Sequence record: PP582757.1 | Source: Klebsiella phage vB_KM5a1-KLB31 | Direction: 5' to 3' (one strand) | DNA length: 64,000 nucleotides | Shown here: in pieces, positions 38,933-48,627 of the stretch | How positions within the stretch are numbered: position 1 is the first letter of the stretch | Layout: each line of letters starts with the position of its first letter | Program-made: the position numbers and the translations under genes | Notes under the pieces: generated by a model | What the model was told of the DNA's origin: nothing | Seen by the model: only the letters and a program-made list of their open reading frames with translations | Databases searched by the model: none

Positions 38933-39175
38933 CTATCTTTTTAAGGCTTCTTTAAATTTTTCAAGAGAAACCGTATCGCTTGGTACCAGATACACATTGT
39001 TAGTCATCCGGCCATCCAACCCGAAGACCTGCACACAGAGGTCGTAATAGTTGTCTTCAACCAAAGACATCATTTTAGGCTGATGGACCATATCAAACAA
39101 TTGGACAACATTTGTACCAGCCCATTTGTTTGAATTTCCGTCATAACCGTAATCTTCAACTAAGATGTAAATCAT
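38933..39175 (-). CDS. hypothetical protein
   Basis: 80-aa ORF. Confidence 0.4.
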   Translation of the reverse strand: MIYILVEDYGYDGNSNKWAGTNVVQLFDMVHQPKMMSLVEDNYYDLCVQVFGLDGRMTNNVYLVPSDTVSLEKFKEALKR

Positions 39176-39390
39176 GCCATCTCCAGAATTTCGTTGATGT
39201 AAAAAGGGCGAACTTTAGAATTCAGATAGAATTCATCAATGAAGTCGATCAGATTATCAGAAGGACCAGTGATAGTTGCTAACTTAGCATAGGCTTCACC
39301 TACCATTTTCACTTCTAGCTTAACGTTGTACTGAGAAGCAACTTCTTCCGCACGAGCTACATTGTTCACTACGATTTCTAAAGTTTTCAT
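39172..39390 (-). CDS. hypothetical protein
   Basis: 72-aa ORF with a GGAG SD, directly downstream of a promoter cassette. Confidence 0.45.
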   Translation of the reverse strand: MKTLEIVVNNVARAEEVASQYNVKLEVKMVGEAYAKLATITGPSDNLIDFIDEFYLNSKVRPFYINEILEMA

Positions 39391-39448
39391 TTTAGTTCTC
39401 CATGTTGGTGTAGAAGCATAATAACCTGTTTCTACACCGTTGTAAACT
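39391..39448 (-). promoter_or_regulatory. early promoter stem-loop cassette (canonical copy): -35 GTTTAC 39442-39447, -10 TATTAT 39418-39423, stem GGTGTAGAA/TTCTACACC
   Basis: Minus strand reads AGTTTACAACGGTGTAGAAACAGGT TATTAT GCTTCTACACCAACATGGAGAAC. The 9-bp stem brackets the -10. Confidence 0.6.
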
Positions 39449-39815
39449 ACTTAATGAAATTCTTTTTGATCAAATCAATCATAGCTTCAAAGTTGGATTG
39501 ATTGACTTCGATAGTCATTGAAATCAGACCACCTTTATTTGAAACTTCAGAACCTTCTACAACTTCTTCAAAGTAGCAGAATTCTTCTGAGCAAAGCTCG
39601 AAGTAATCGTCACCACTATCATCAGAACGATAGATTTCGCCATTCTTAGTGCGAATTTTGTTCACGAAAGACCCATCACAGAAGCTTGTATCAAGAACAG
39701 TGAATGTTCCTCCACCTTCTTCAATCAGGTTAACCATGTGTTCATTGTTACTGTTTTCATCAATGAATTGCTGGCGGAGTGTTGGGATTAAACGGTATAC
39801 TTTGCCTTCTTTCAT
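39447..39815 (-). CDS. hypothetical protein
   Basis: 122-aa acidic ORF. Confidence 0.45.
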   Translation of the reverse strand: MKEGKVYRLIPTLRQQFIDENSNNEHMVNLIEEGGGTFTVLDTSFCDGSFVNKIRTKNGEIYRSDDSGDDYFELCSEEFCYFEEVVEGSEVSNKGGLISMTIEVNQSNFEAMIDLIKKNFIK

Positions 39816-39825
39816 TTCGGTTTCC

Positions 39826-40089
39826 TCAGTTGCACAGAGCTACAATTTTAGCTTCAAGAGTTTTCATATTTTCGCGATGCAAGTCACGAGTCTTACCTAC
39901 GCCTTCTGGATAAGTTCCATCATAAGTGGAATTCTCATTTCCAGTGGCCAGAATTACGAGATGCCACATCATAGATTCCATGAAAGCGTAATCTTTTAAA
40001 AGAACGCCTTTTTCAATAGCTTTACCACGTTTGGCACGAAGTTTAGACAATTCGTGTGAGCTATGCATATTAAGCCTCGATGCTTTCAA
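39826..40089 (-). CDS. hypothetical protein
   Basis: 87-aa ORF. Confidence 0.4.
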   Translation of the reverse strand: MKASRLNMHSSHELSKLRAKRGKAIEKGVLLKDYAFMESMMWHLVILATGNENSTYDGTYPEGVGKTRDLHRENMKTLEAKIVALCN

Positions 40090-40291
40090 GAGTTTCAGCT
40101 TTCATTTCAGGGTCCATACCGACCATGTACTCAGCACGAAGATAATCTTCGATAGTGCAGATGTCACCTTCGATTGTGACCTGAGAATCAATCCAACCAT
40201 GTTCACAAGCAACTTCTTTCAGTTTGTAACGCTCAAGGCAGGTTTCGTTGAAGTATTCATAATCACATACGCTTAAAGTAATACGAGCCAT
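40070..40291 (-). CDS. hypothetical protein
   Basis: Start at the internal MARITLSV (40291), because a promoter cassette occupies 40292-40350. Confidence 0.4.
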   Translation of the reverse strand: MARITLSVCDYEYFNETCLERYKLKEVACEHGWIDSQVTIEGDICTIEDYLRAEYMVGMDPEMKAETLESIEA

Positions 40292-40350
40292 TTTTGTATC
40301 TCCAGTTTGTTGGTGTAGGAGCATAATAACCTGTTTTAAAGTCGTTGTAA
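40292..40350 (-). promoter_or_regulatory. early promoter stem-loop cassette
   Basis: TTGTTGGTGTAGGAGCATAATAACCTGTTTTAAAGTCGTTGTAAACAC. Confidence 0.55.
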
Positions 40351-40372
40351 ACACCTTTGTGCAAAACCCCCT

Positions 40373-40435
40373 AATGGCACATATAAGTTACATTATCCGC
40401 AAAAAGTGGGCTTAATGTAACTTATATGTGCCATT
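40373..40435. repeat. perfect 23-bp inverted repeat (AATGGCACATATAAGTTACATTA / TAATGTAACTTATATGTGCCATT) with a 17-nt spacer
   Basis: Arms 40373-40395 and 40413-40435 are exact reverse complements. Lies between the gene 32 terminator and the next early promoter. Confidence 0.8.
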
Positions 40436-40440
40436 AACAA

Positions 40441-40470
40441 AAATGGGAACCACTAGGGTTCCCATTCATT
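40441..40470 (-). terminator. gene 32 intrinsic terminator GGGAACC-ACTA-GGGTTCCC (copy 2, identical to 22262-22292)
   Basis: Strong GC stem plus T-run immediately 3' of gene 32. Confidence 0.65.
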
Positions 40471-40471
40471 A

Positions 40472-41374
40472 TTACAGACCAGCTAACAGGTCATCCAGAC
40501 CATCGTCGTCACCACCAGCTTTTACACCGGTATCTTCAACATCTGGAGTGCTTGGTTTGGAGCTAGTGAACTCGGCCATTTCTTTATCGAAACCGTCCAG
40601 TTCTGCACCCATTGCATCAGCTTTAGAAGCCGCTACAGAAGCAGCACCACCAAGAGCGGCCGTACCCATTACCTGAGCAAATTTCTTCTGGTTATCTTCC
40701 AGAGATTTGAACTTAGCCAGTTCCTGCAGGTCACCCATGTCTTCCATCAGTTTCTTCTGAACTGCTTCGTCATCGATACCTGGGATTTCTGACTGATTCA
40801 GGAATTTGGAGTCGTCGTAGTTTTTGAAGCCACCGACCATTTTGCATTTCAGTGCGAAGTTAGCACCTTCATAGACACAAGTCACGTCAACTGGAGTTTC
40901 ACCAATCTCAGTATCAACTTCAACCATCTGGTTAATTTTGTCCATGATTTTCTGACCGAAACGATATTTGAATACTTTACCTTCATTAGCAGGAACAGCA
41001 GGGTCTTTAACAACCAGGATGTTAGCCCAGAAAGAAGTTTTACGTTTCAGCAAACGGTATTCTGCTTCATTGGTGTTGAATGAATCATGCTTGTTCAGGT
41101 GAGCACACACTGGGCAAGATTCGAAATCACCGTGAGTAGAAGTACAGTTTTCAATATACCATTTACCATTTTTCTTGAAGCCGTGGTTAACCAGTTTCAG
41201 GAATGGAGACGGGTTTGCTTCGTTTTTAGAAGGCAGGAAGCGAATCACAGCACTACCAACACCGTCGGTATCTTTCAGTTTCCACTCGTTCTTATCATCA
41301 TCATAAGAACCTTTACCACCTTTCATTGCGGACAGTTGAGCCTGAAGTTCTGCTGGGTTTTTGCGCTTAAACAT
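40472..41374 (-). CDS. 32: single-stranded DNA-binding protein gp32
   Basis: Collinear with T4 gp32 as I recall it ([44 protein letters not shown] zinc site, [49 protein letters not shown], acidic C-terminus DDLL). Confidence 0.95.
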   Translation of the reverse strand: MFKRKNPAELQAQLSAMKGGKGSYDDDKNEWKLKDTDGVGSAVIRFLPSKNEANPSPFLKLVNHGFKKNGKWYIENCTSTHGDFESCPVCAHLNKHDSFNTNEAEYRLLKRKTSFWANILVVKDPAVPANEGKVFKYRFGQKIMDKINQMVEVDTEIGETPVDVTCVYEGANFALKCKMVGGFKNYDDSKFLNQSEIPGIDDEAVQKKLMEDMGDLQELAKFKSLEDNQKKFAQVMGTAALGGAASVAASKADAMGAELDGFDKEMAEFTSSKPSTPDVEDTGVKAGGDDDGLDDLLAGL

Positions 41375-41401
41375 ATTTGATTACCTTATTTACAGTTATT
41401 T

Positions 41402-42055
41402 TTAAAATTTACAGTTTTTAACAGTTTCAATGAACAGTTTTCTTGCTTCGACAGGGTCAATAATAAGAATTTTCTTATATGCATTTAACTTTGTCGAGTA
41501 CTTAGACCAGACTAAATCATTTGTTTGGTCATCGTGTTTATTTATTATATCCAAGAAGGAGTCAAGCAAAATAAACGTTTCGAATGAAATAACATTCGAT
41601 TGAAGGAGCTTGAAAATATAGCTCGAGTTCACTTTAGTATTATACTCAAATATCTCTGACAGCGCTTTAACTTCAACTTTCTTACTGAAGTAATAGATGT
41701 TTTTGATATCGTCTTCGAATACTTGTTTTATACGTTTTAACCGACCGATATATTCACGGTAGAAAACGAGTGCGTCAGCATCACTGATGTCGCCAATCCA
41801 TGCGTCTTGGTTCGCAACCAAGTTAGACATGAAAATGAGCGTGAGCTCTTTCAAAGTGTATTTATCACTTAATTTTTCGAAGAAATATTTGTCACGGCGT
41901 TTTTGATAGGCACCGTCTGACACTCGCATAACCCAATTGTACTTAACAACATCATAACGCCCATTGAAGTGCTGTTTAATGGCCAAGTACAAAGTGTAGA
42001 CACTCTTGCCATTGACCATGCGATTGTTGTTAGCGGGCATGCGAATTTTAATCAT
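41402..42055 (-). CDS. 59: helicase loader gp59
   Basis: Near-identical blocks to T4 gp59 as I recall it (MIK.RMPA, GKSVY.LYL.IKQH.NG.YDV.KYNW.MRVSD.AYQKRRDKYFF.KLS.KY.LKEL, ANQDAWIGDISDADALVFYREYIGRLK, YYFSKKVEV, YIFKLLQSN.ISFETFILLDSFL.II.KHD.QT). 217 aa. Confidence 0.93.
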   Translation of the reverse strand: MIKIRMPANNNRMVNGKSVYTLYLAIKQHFNGRYDVVKYNWVMRVSDGAYQKRRDKYFFEKLSDKYTLKELTLIFMSNLVANQDAWIGDISDADALVFYREYIGRLKRIKQVFEDDIKNIYYFSKKVEVKALSEIFEYNTKVNSSYIFKLLQSNVISFETFILLDSFLDIINKHDDQTNDLVWSKYSTKLNAYKKILIIDPVEARKLFIETVKNCKF

Positions 42056-42357
42056 AACAAGAAGTCCAACGTATTTGTTTTCTGAGTACGGGCCATTGAA
42101 GGGCGTAACAGTTTATCGTCAATAGCTTCATTACGAATTTTATCAATAATTCCGGCTGGAATATAACGAGCGAATTGACCTTCTGGAATGGAGTTTTCTT
42201 CTAAGAAAGAAGTCGTAGCTTCAAGATAACCCATTTCACCCTGGGCGACGATAGCTTCAATCGTGAATGCGTTCTGTTGTTTATCCAACAGAATATTCAA
42301 GGGTTCAGTAGGAGCCACTTGGGCTCCATCAAAATCAATTATCGAAGACTGAGTCAT
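42052..42357 (-). CDS. 33: late transcription co-activator gp33
   Basis: 101 aa. Position between 59 and dsbA as in T4. C-terminal ...TNTLDFLL, consistent with a sliding-clamp (gp45)-binding tail. Confidence 0.7.
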   Translation of the reverse strand: MTQSSIIDFDGAQVAPTEPLNILLDKQQNAFTIEAIVAQGEMGYLEATTSFLEENSIPEGQFARYIPAGIIDKIRNEAIDDKLLRPSMARTQKTNTLDFLL

Positions 42358-42613
42358 ACAGCTCTACCACTTCAGTTTTTTCGTCTTCAAAACGTTCACG
42401 AGTGCCTTTATGATACAGAGCGAACAGTTGATTAAACATCTTACCGTCAACGCCTAGTTCATCTTTAGCTTTGGTACGAAGTTCAGAGACTTCGCCCATA
42501 TAGCCTTCGGCTTTCAGTTTTGCATCAGATGCTGATTTAACCAGTTTGGCGAGTTCTTCACCATGGGTATCAGGACAAAATTCAACTTTCACTTTTTTAG
42601 CTTCTTTAGCCAT
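42335..42613 (-). CDS. dsbA: dsDNA-binding late transcription enhancer DsbA
   Basis: From the internal MAKEAKKVKVEF, similarity to T4 DsbA as I recall it (HGE.LAK..K.ASD.KLK..GY, .AKDELGVDGKMFN.L.ALYHK, E.VELYD.VF). Confidence 0.75.
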   Translation of the reverse strand: MAKEAKKVKVEFCPDTHGEELAKLVKSASDAKLKAEGYMGEVSELRTKAKDELGVDGKMFNQLFALYHKGTRERFEDEKTEVVELYDSVFDN

Positions 42614-42623
42614 AATATTCACC

Positions 42624-43568
42624 TTAATAGAAATCAGCAACGTGTGCAGTAAGTTTAGACAGGCCACTCTTCACGAAATAAGGATATACACGTGATTTGG
42701 CCGGTTTGTTATATTCATTATAACGTTTCATGATTAAAGCAACAATATCATCTGGAATCTGGTCCATATCGATGAGGATAATGTTTTCTTTGAAACGTTT
42801 GAACTGTTCTTCAGTCAGAAGTTTTTTAACTTCATCATGGTCATAATAATTCAATGCAATAGCATCCAGTTCACTTTGTTTAGTGGATGGAGTACGTTCA
42901 CCATCAATTCGAGTTAACCAGAAGTCACCGCGAACTTTAATTGATGCGACGTTATCTTTCTTATCGCCTTTAACTACTTTAACAACACAATCCATAAGCG
43001 AATCACCAGATTTGGTTTTAACCCATTTCTTATGCATTGGTGACCATTGTTTTACGCCTGGATATTTGTGAAGCTGTGTGAAGTCACCATCCGAAGATAC
43101 GACAACAACAGGATGACCTAATGATGTCAGGTGTTTGACGAGCACAGCAATATGGTCATCGGCCTCAATCTTATCTATGTTCATTACTACATGAGGCATA
43201 TATTTTTCGAGTTCTTCGATAATAATATGCATTGCTTCGAAAAGACCTTCCCAATCGAATGGAGAATCTTCACGATCAACTTTACGGTTCTTTTTGTAAT
43301 AATGAGAATAATCACGACGCCAATACCCTGATTTAGAGTTATCAACGCAGATAATCATGTTTGGATAACCTTGTTTCTTGAAGTCCTTCATATTTTTCTT
43401 GATGGAGTTCAGAACCAAGTGACGAAGCATTGCAGTAGTTACCTTAGGAAACTTTGCATTTTCACCGAATTCGGTAAAAGCGGCAGCCATGATAATTTGG
43501 CTGAAGTCCAGAAGGGCGAAGCCTTCCTTTTCCCTGTCTTCTTCAGGGAGTAAAAAATCTAATTCCAT
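42624..43568 (-). CDS. rnh: RNase H (5'-3' exonuclease / flap endonuclease)
   Basis: 314 aa. FEN-family acidic clusters (ICVDNS, EADDHIA, VVSSDGDF). Synteny rnh-34. Confidence 0.88.
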   Translation of the reverse strand: MELDFLLPEEDREKEGFALLDFSQIIMAAAFTEFGENAKFPKVTTAMLRHLVLNSIKKNMKDFKKQGYPNMIICVDNSKSGYWRRDYSHYYKKNRKVDREDSPFDWEGLFEAMHIIIEELEKYMPHVVMNIDKIEADDHIAVLVKHLTSLGHPVVVVSSDGDFTQLHKYPGVKQWSPMHKKWVKTKSGDSLMDCVVKVVKGDKKDNVASIKVRGDFWLTRIDGERTPSTKQSELDAIALNYYDHDEVKKLLTEEQFKRFKENIILIDMDQIPDDIVALIMKRYNEYNKPAKSRVYPYFVKSGLSKLTAHVADFY

Positions 43569-43621
43569 ATGAACCTCTGTTCAATTAGTCAACTCAGCTA
43601 TCTTATCACATTTCTGAGTAG

Positions 43622-43630
43622 CATAAATAA
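43622..43630 (+). promoter_or_regulatory. late promoter (CATAAATA, 7/8 to TATAAATA) for gene 34
   Basis: About 30 nt upstream of the gp34 ATG (43663). Confidence 0.4.
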
Positions 43631-43662
43631 TGTTATTACTACCTAACAAAGGGAACACTTCA

Positions 43663-46600
43663 ATGGCCGATCAATTTAAACCTGCATTCCGTGCCACGTC
43701 TGGTCTCGATGCAGCAGGCGAAAAGGTTGTCAACGTTGCCAAAGCCGACTTCGGTACATTAACTGACGGTGTTAACGTTGACTTTTTCATCGAAGAAAAC
43801 ACTCTTCAACAGTATGATTCGACTCGTGGTTATCGCCAGAACTTCGCAGTTATCTATGATAACCGTGTTTGGGTCTCTAACCAGGATATCCCTGCACCTG
43901 CTGGCGCATTCGCAGAACTTCGTTGGAAAGCAGTTCGTACCGATCCAAAATGGGTCGAAATCAAACAACCTGTTTACCAACTCAAATCAGGTGATTATGT
44001 AACTGTTAACTCAGAACAATCACCGTGCAATATGTCTTTACCATCGTCTCCACAGGATGGCGATACCATCGTTATTAAAGATATCGGTAATAATGCCGGT
44101 TATAACGAAATGAAAGTACGTGCGACTAACCAATCAATTGTTCGTTTTGGTCAGCAAGTAACTGAAACTCTTTTAACCAAGCCACTGAGCTATAATATTC
44201 TTATTTTTAGTAATCGTCTGTGGAACTTCTACCAGACTGCTCAGGAAGAACGTGGTATTCGTGTAGAACCTTTAGTAGAATTCAAGGCTCAAGCCGGTGA
44301 TTCAATTTTCCGTCGTTATACTTCGGCAAACCCGGTTACTATTCTTCTGCCAAAATACGCTAACCAAGGCGACATCATTAAGTCTGTTGATATTGACGGC
44401 TTAGGTCCGATGTACCACCTGATTATTAAATCAAGTGACCCAACCATTGGTATCGATTCTCCTGGTGTTTTACAGAAAGAATATCGTACGAGTGGTGATG
44501 GCCTGCTTACTTATGTTGCAGCCGATCGTGTCTGGAAAACTTGGGACGGTGATATTCGTACACGTCTTCGTATTGTTCGTGATAACGTTAAGCTTATGCC
44601 TAATGAAAGTATCACGGTATTCGGCGACAACAATATGGTTTCTCAGACAATCAATATTGAACTGCCTACTGATGTTTCTATCGGTGACACAATCAAGATT
44701 GCTCTGAACTATCTTCGTAAACAACAGACTGTTATTCTTAAAACGACTGGTGGTGATAAGATTGCGACTGATATTAAGTTGCTTCAATTCCCTAAACGTT
44801 CTGAATATCCGCCTGATGCTACTTGGGTCACTGTGTCTCAGTTAGAATTTAATGGTGATATTAACTACACCCCGGTAATTGAGTTTAGTTATACGGAAGA
44901 GGCTGGTGCAGGTGTTTGGATTGTTCAACAGAACGTTCCAACCGTCGAACGTGTCGATTCTAAAGATAATAACACTCGTAAACGTCTTGGTGTTATCTCA
45001 CTGGCAAGCCAGACTGAAGCGAACGTTGATTTTGAAAATGCTCCTATTAAAGAATCAGCTATTACTCCTGAAACATTAGCTAATCGCGTGGCGACCGAGT
45101 CTCGTCGTGGTATTGCACGTATTGCTACAACTGCACAAGTTAACCAAGATACTACATTTGCTTTCCAGGACGATTTAATTATCTCTCCTAAGAAATTAAA
45201 TGAACGTACTGCTACTGAAACTCGTCGTGGTTTAGCTGAAATTGCAACTCAAACTGAAACCAACCAAGGAACAGATGATAGTACCATTATAACGCCGTTG
45301 AAGTTGACAGCACGCAAGGCATCTGAAACTTTAACAGGTATCGCTAAGCTGGTATCGACTGTAGGCACCGCACCAGGTGTAGATCGTCCAACTCTTGGTA
45401 CTAACGTGTATAACAGTGCTAATAATATTGATATCGTGACTCCTATGTCATTGTCTCAATTAAAAGGTACTTATACCGAACAGGGTCTTTGGATTGGTGC
45501 AATTGAATCTGAAGTCATCGCTGGTGTAATGAACAACGGTTTCCCGAACGGTGTTGTTACTCCTGAAATGCTTCATAAGAAAACCTCTACTGATTCTCGT
45601 ATTGGTCTGATTCAAATTGCTAAACAGACTGAAGTAGATGCCGGTACTGATTACACTAAAGCTGTTACTCCTAAAACTCTGAATGACCGTAAGGCTTCCG
45701 AGACTTTAACGGGTATTGCCGAAATTGCAACCCAGGCGGAGCTAGATGGCGGCACAGATGATGTACGTATTTCTACTCCTTTGAAAATTAAAACCCACTT
45801 CGCTGATACTACGCGTCGTGAAGTGACTGCTGCGTCTGGTCTCGAAGTTACCGGTACGGTATGGGACAAAATAAGTTTCAACATCAAACCTTCTGCTGAA
45901 GCACAACGCGGTACTTCCCGTCTTGCAACACAAGGCGAAGTTGATACTGGCACAGATGATGCGACAATTGTTACACCACTTAAGTTACAGCGTAAAAAAG
46001 CCACTGAAGGTACCGAAGGTATTATTCAGGTTGCTACTCAGGCAGAAGTTATTGCTGGGACTAATGGCTTAAAAGCTGTTCCACCTGTTCATTTGAAATA
46101 TATTGCACAGACGGAAAAAACTTGGGAAGCTACTGCAGCTCGTCGTGGTTTCGTTAAATTAACTGAAAATACCTTGACGTTTAAAGGTGATGCAGTTAAT
46201 GGTTCTGGTCGTTTACTGCCAGATGGAAGTGCAAACCTCCCGGCTCTTGATGGTTTAATGAAAGATGGATTTGCCGTATCTCCATATGAGATGAACCGTG
46301 CACTTCAGTATTTCTTACCAGCAAATGCTAAAGCTGTTGACACCGATAAATTAGATGGCCTGGATTCACTTCAGTTCATTCGTCGTGATGTCGACCAATC
46401 GGTTGAAGGTAAACTCACTTTAACTAAAGAAACGATCCTGACGGCGCCTCTGACATCCAGCACTTATGCTTCATTCGCTGGTACACTGAGTGCTAAAGAC
46501 ATCGCAACTGAAGGACCTATTATTATTCTTAATGGTACTAACCGTTGGAATATAAGAGCTCTTAATAACGCGACAACTCTTACTTTTGGTAATACAGCTA

Positions 46601-47436
46601 ACGTACTGACCATTAATAGTGCGACTGGTAACGTTGCTGCTCAGAATAACCTTTCTGCTGGTGCTGAAGTTAGCGCTACCACTAAGTATAATCTGAACAG
46701 TCGAACTGTTATTGAGACCACAGCAGGAACTCCTAATGCAACATTAGCAGTCGGTGATAATGCTCAAAACCTGGTTCTGAAAACTTTAGATGCCGGTAAT
46801 ATCGTTGCAAATGGCGGTGGTGCATATAAAGTATTGACCGAGAAGAATGCTAAAGAAATCGTTGACCGTGACTTCGTCAAGAAAGAAGGCGATACGATGG
46901 GTGGCAAACTGAACATCAATGCTCCTGTTCTGCCTAAAATCACTGAAGCGCAAGCATTGGCTCCTTTGAATACGAATAACTTCGGTTTCTGGACTGCGGA
47001 TATAACAACTCCGACTGAATATCAGAAGCTTCCAGGTTATGCTGTTCCTGTGATGGAAATAATCGATGGTTCTTCAACCGGCCATGTCGATCATTATGAT
47101 TACGTTAAGGCTCCAGGTGTAATGACCGGTACTGGTACTTCATTGACCAGTATGACTCGTACTTGGACTCCACGTCCTCAGTCTATTCAAGATAACCATA
47201 ATGCTAACACCATTTGGATTTCTGTTTGGGACTTGGCTCGTAATAAATGGGGTGAATGGGGACGTGTGTATACGAATCAGGCTCCACCAACTGCTGCTGA
47301 AATTGGTGCTGTGTCTTCTTCAGGTTCTGCATTTAATAACCTGACTATTCGTGATTGGTTGCAAGTTGGCCAAGTACGTATTGAGCCGGACCCAGACACT
47401 CGTTCAGTTAAATTCACTTGGGTAGACATTCCGTAA
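43663..47436 (+). CDS. 34: long tail fiber proximal subunit gp34
   Basis: Start at MADQFKPAFRA. Strong similarity to T4 gp34 as I recall it (GDTIV..DIG, LIFSNRLW, RLRI, PKRSEYPP.A.WVTV, VWIVQQNVPTVERVDS, repeated TETRRG/ASETLTGIA motifs, LDGLDS.QFIRRD, C-terminal GNLTIRDWL..G.VRI.PDP). Confidence 0.92.
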   Translation: MADQFKPAFRATSGLDAAGEKVVNVAKADFGTLTDGVNVDFFIEENTLQQYDSTRGYRQNFAVIYDNRVWVSNQDIPAPAGAFAELRWKAVRTDPKWVEIKQPVYQLKSGDYVTVNSEQSPCNMSLPSSPQDGDTIVIKDIGNNAGYNEMKVRATNQSIVRFGQQVTETLLTKPLSYNILIFSNRLWNFYQTAQEERGIRVEPLVEFKAQAGDSIFRRYTSANPVTILLPKYANQGDIIKSVDIDGLGPMYHLIIKSSDPTIGIDSPGVLQKEYRTSGDGLLTYVAADRVWKTWDGDIRTRLRIVRDNVKLMPNESITVFGDNNMVSQTINIELPTDVSIGDTIKIALNYLRKQQTVILKTTGGDKIATDIKLLQFPKRSEYPPDATWVTVSQLEFNGDINYTPVIEFSYTEEAGAGVWIVQQNVPTVERVDSKDNNTRKRLGVISLASQTEANVDFENAPIKESAITPETLANRVATESRRGIARIATTAQVNQDTTFAFQDDLIISPKKLNERTATETRRGLAEIATQTETNQGTDDSTIITPLKLTARKASETLTGIAKLVSTVGTAPGVDRPTLGTNVYNSANNIDIVTPMSLSQLKGTYTEQGLWIGAIESEVIAGVMNNGFPNGVVTPEMLHKKTSTDSRIGLIQIAKQTEVDAGTDYTKAVTPKTLNDRKASETLTGIAEIATQAELDGGTDDVRISTPLKIKTHFADTTRREVTAASGLEVTGTVWDKISFNIKPSAEAQRGTSRLATQGEVDTGTDDATIVTPLKLQRKKATEGTEGIIQVATQAEVIAGTNGLKAVPPVHLKYIAQTEKTWEATAARRGFVKLTENTLTFKGDAVNGSGRLLPDGSANLPALDGLMKDGFAVSPYEMNRALQYFLPANAKAVDTDKLDGLDSLQFIRRDVDQSVEGKLTLTKETILTAPLTSSTYASFAGTLSAKDIATEGPIIILNGTNRWNIRALNNATTLTFGNTANVLTINSATGNVAAQNNLSAGAEVSATTKYNLNSRTVIETTAGTPNATLAVGDNAQNLVLKTLDAGNIVANGGGAYKVLTEKNAKEIVDRDFVKKEGDTMGGKLNINAPVLPKITEAQALAPLNTNNFGFWTADITTPTEYQKLPGYAVPVMEIIDGSSTGHVDHYDYVKAPGVMTGTGTSLTSMTRTWTPRPQSIQDNHNANTIWISVWDLARNKWGEWGRVYTNQAPPTAAEIGAVSSSGSAFNNLTIRDWLQVGQVRIEPDPDTRSVKFTWVDIP

Positions 47437-47444
47437 GAGGTGCT

Positions 47445-48572
47445 ATGGAACATTATATGGCTGAGTTTGGACAGGGATTTGTCCAAGCTGCCGTTTTATC
47501 CGAAAATAATGCCGTGAAATACAGATTGAGTATAGCAGGAAGCTGTACTCGTTCTTCCGTACGGCCTTATGTTAAATTACAAGACACAAATATTGGCCCA
47601 GCAACTTATTCTTCTGGTATGAACGTTGTAGTTTTTGACCCTCAAACTTTAAAAGTCACTGAAATAAAAACTTATGACTTCACATCGGTTCCATCAACTA
47701 TAAACAGAGCCTTTATGACGTACGTAGATTCGCTGCCAAGTGATAAAGTTGTTATAATGGTTTCAGAAGGTAAGTTAAGAACATGTATTGAATTGGTTGA
47801 TTGGTTTAAGAAACATAACAGTACGGCATGGCCTACTGTTTGGGACCTTACTCATTATGACGCAGCTTATTCTGCTTTCTATATTACTAATATCACATCT
47901 ATAAGTTCAGAACATGTTCTTTGGAATGATGGTGTAAAGATTGAAGCAATTAATCCACATCTCGATGTGGTCTTTGATTATTATCAAGATATAGGCGCCA
48001 CGGGTGTCCCTAATCGTATTGGTGTTTTAGATGGAATTGTAGAATCTCAAGGCGGTGACCCGTTAGAATTGATTCGTCTTCCTACTGAAGAACTTCAAGC
48101 ACCAATAAGTGATTATAACCTTGTTGCCGGTGATATGTTCTACATTAAGTTCCAATTAAAAACTGGAATTGGCTCTGGCCCTGGACCTTCTCCTAATGGA
48201 GCAACTCGTTGTTCTATACGATGGTTCTTAGGCGAAGACCTTGTTTCGTTTACGAATATAATGACTGGTGATGCATTTATAGACCAGTGGCAAACATTTG
48301 AACGATATATTCCTGTTCCTTCAGGTGTAGATGGATTCACTGTTTATTTCGCTAAAACCGATGTTGAAGACTATGGTGCTGTCCAAAACGTAGTTATAAC
48401 TGAAGTTCCACGTGAAGAAATGCCATTGTTCCGTTCAGCCGAATTTGGTGTTAACGGTATAAGAATGAATTCGATGATTGATGGTACGGTCGATGAACTC
48501 CTTATCCTTAATGACACTAAGACGGATGATAGAGGACGAGTTCGTGGTGCAGAATTCCGTGAAAAATATTAG
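47445..48572 (+). CDS. 35: long tail fiber hinge connector gp35
   Basis: ATG MEHYMAEFGQG with GAGGTG SD, 8 nt after the gp34 stop. 375 aa against T4 gp35 at 372 aa. Synteny. Confidence 0.8.
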   Translation: MEHYMAEFGQGFVQAAVLSENNAVKYRLSIAGSCTRSSVRPYVKLQDTNIGPATYSSGMNVVVFDPQTLKVTEIKTYDFTSVPSTINRAFMTYVDSLPSDKVVIMVSEGKLRTCIELVDWFKKHNSTAWPTVWDLTHYDAAYSAFYITNITSISSEHVLWNDGVKIEAINPHLDVVFDYYQDIGATGVPNRIGVLDGIVESQGGDPLELIRLPTEELQAPISDYNLVAGDMFYIKFQLKTGIGSGPGPSPNGATRCSIRWFLGEDLVSFTNIMTGDAFIDQWQTFERYIPVPSGVDGFTVYFAKTDVEDYGAVQNVVITEVPREEMPLFRSAEFGVNGIRMNSMIDGTVDELLILNDTKTDDRGRVRGAEFREKY

Positions 48573-48595
48573 GAGCCCGTAGGCTCCTTTTTTGT
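48572..48595 (+). promoter_or_regulatory. terminator hairpin GGAGCCCGTAGGCTCC plus T-run, followed by late promoter TATAAATA, between genes 35 and 36
   Basis: Hairpin 48572-48587, TTTTTT, then GTTATAAATACGC. Matches the T4 arrangement in which gene 36 has its own late promoter. Confidence 0.55.
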
Positions 48596-48627
48596 TATAA
48601 ATACGCGTATATTTTAAGGAGACAACT

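Noticed and set aside
45651-46004. Minus-strand ORFs (117 and 63 aa) inside gene 34, and many plus-strand 60-130 aa ORFs inside minus-strand genes (for example 1463..1768, 2090..2329, 10403..11298, 33356..33601)
   Set aside because: These are antisense shadow ORFs within long, well-supported genes, with no independent signals.
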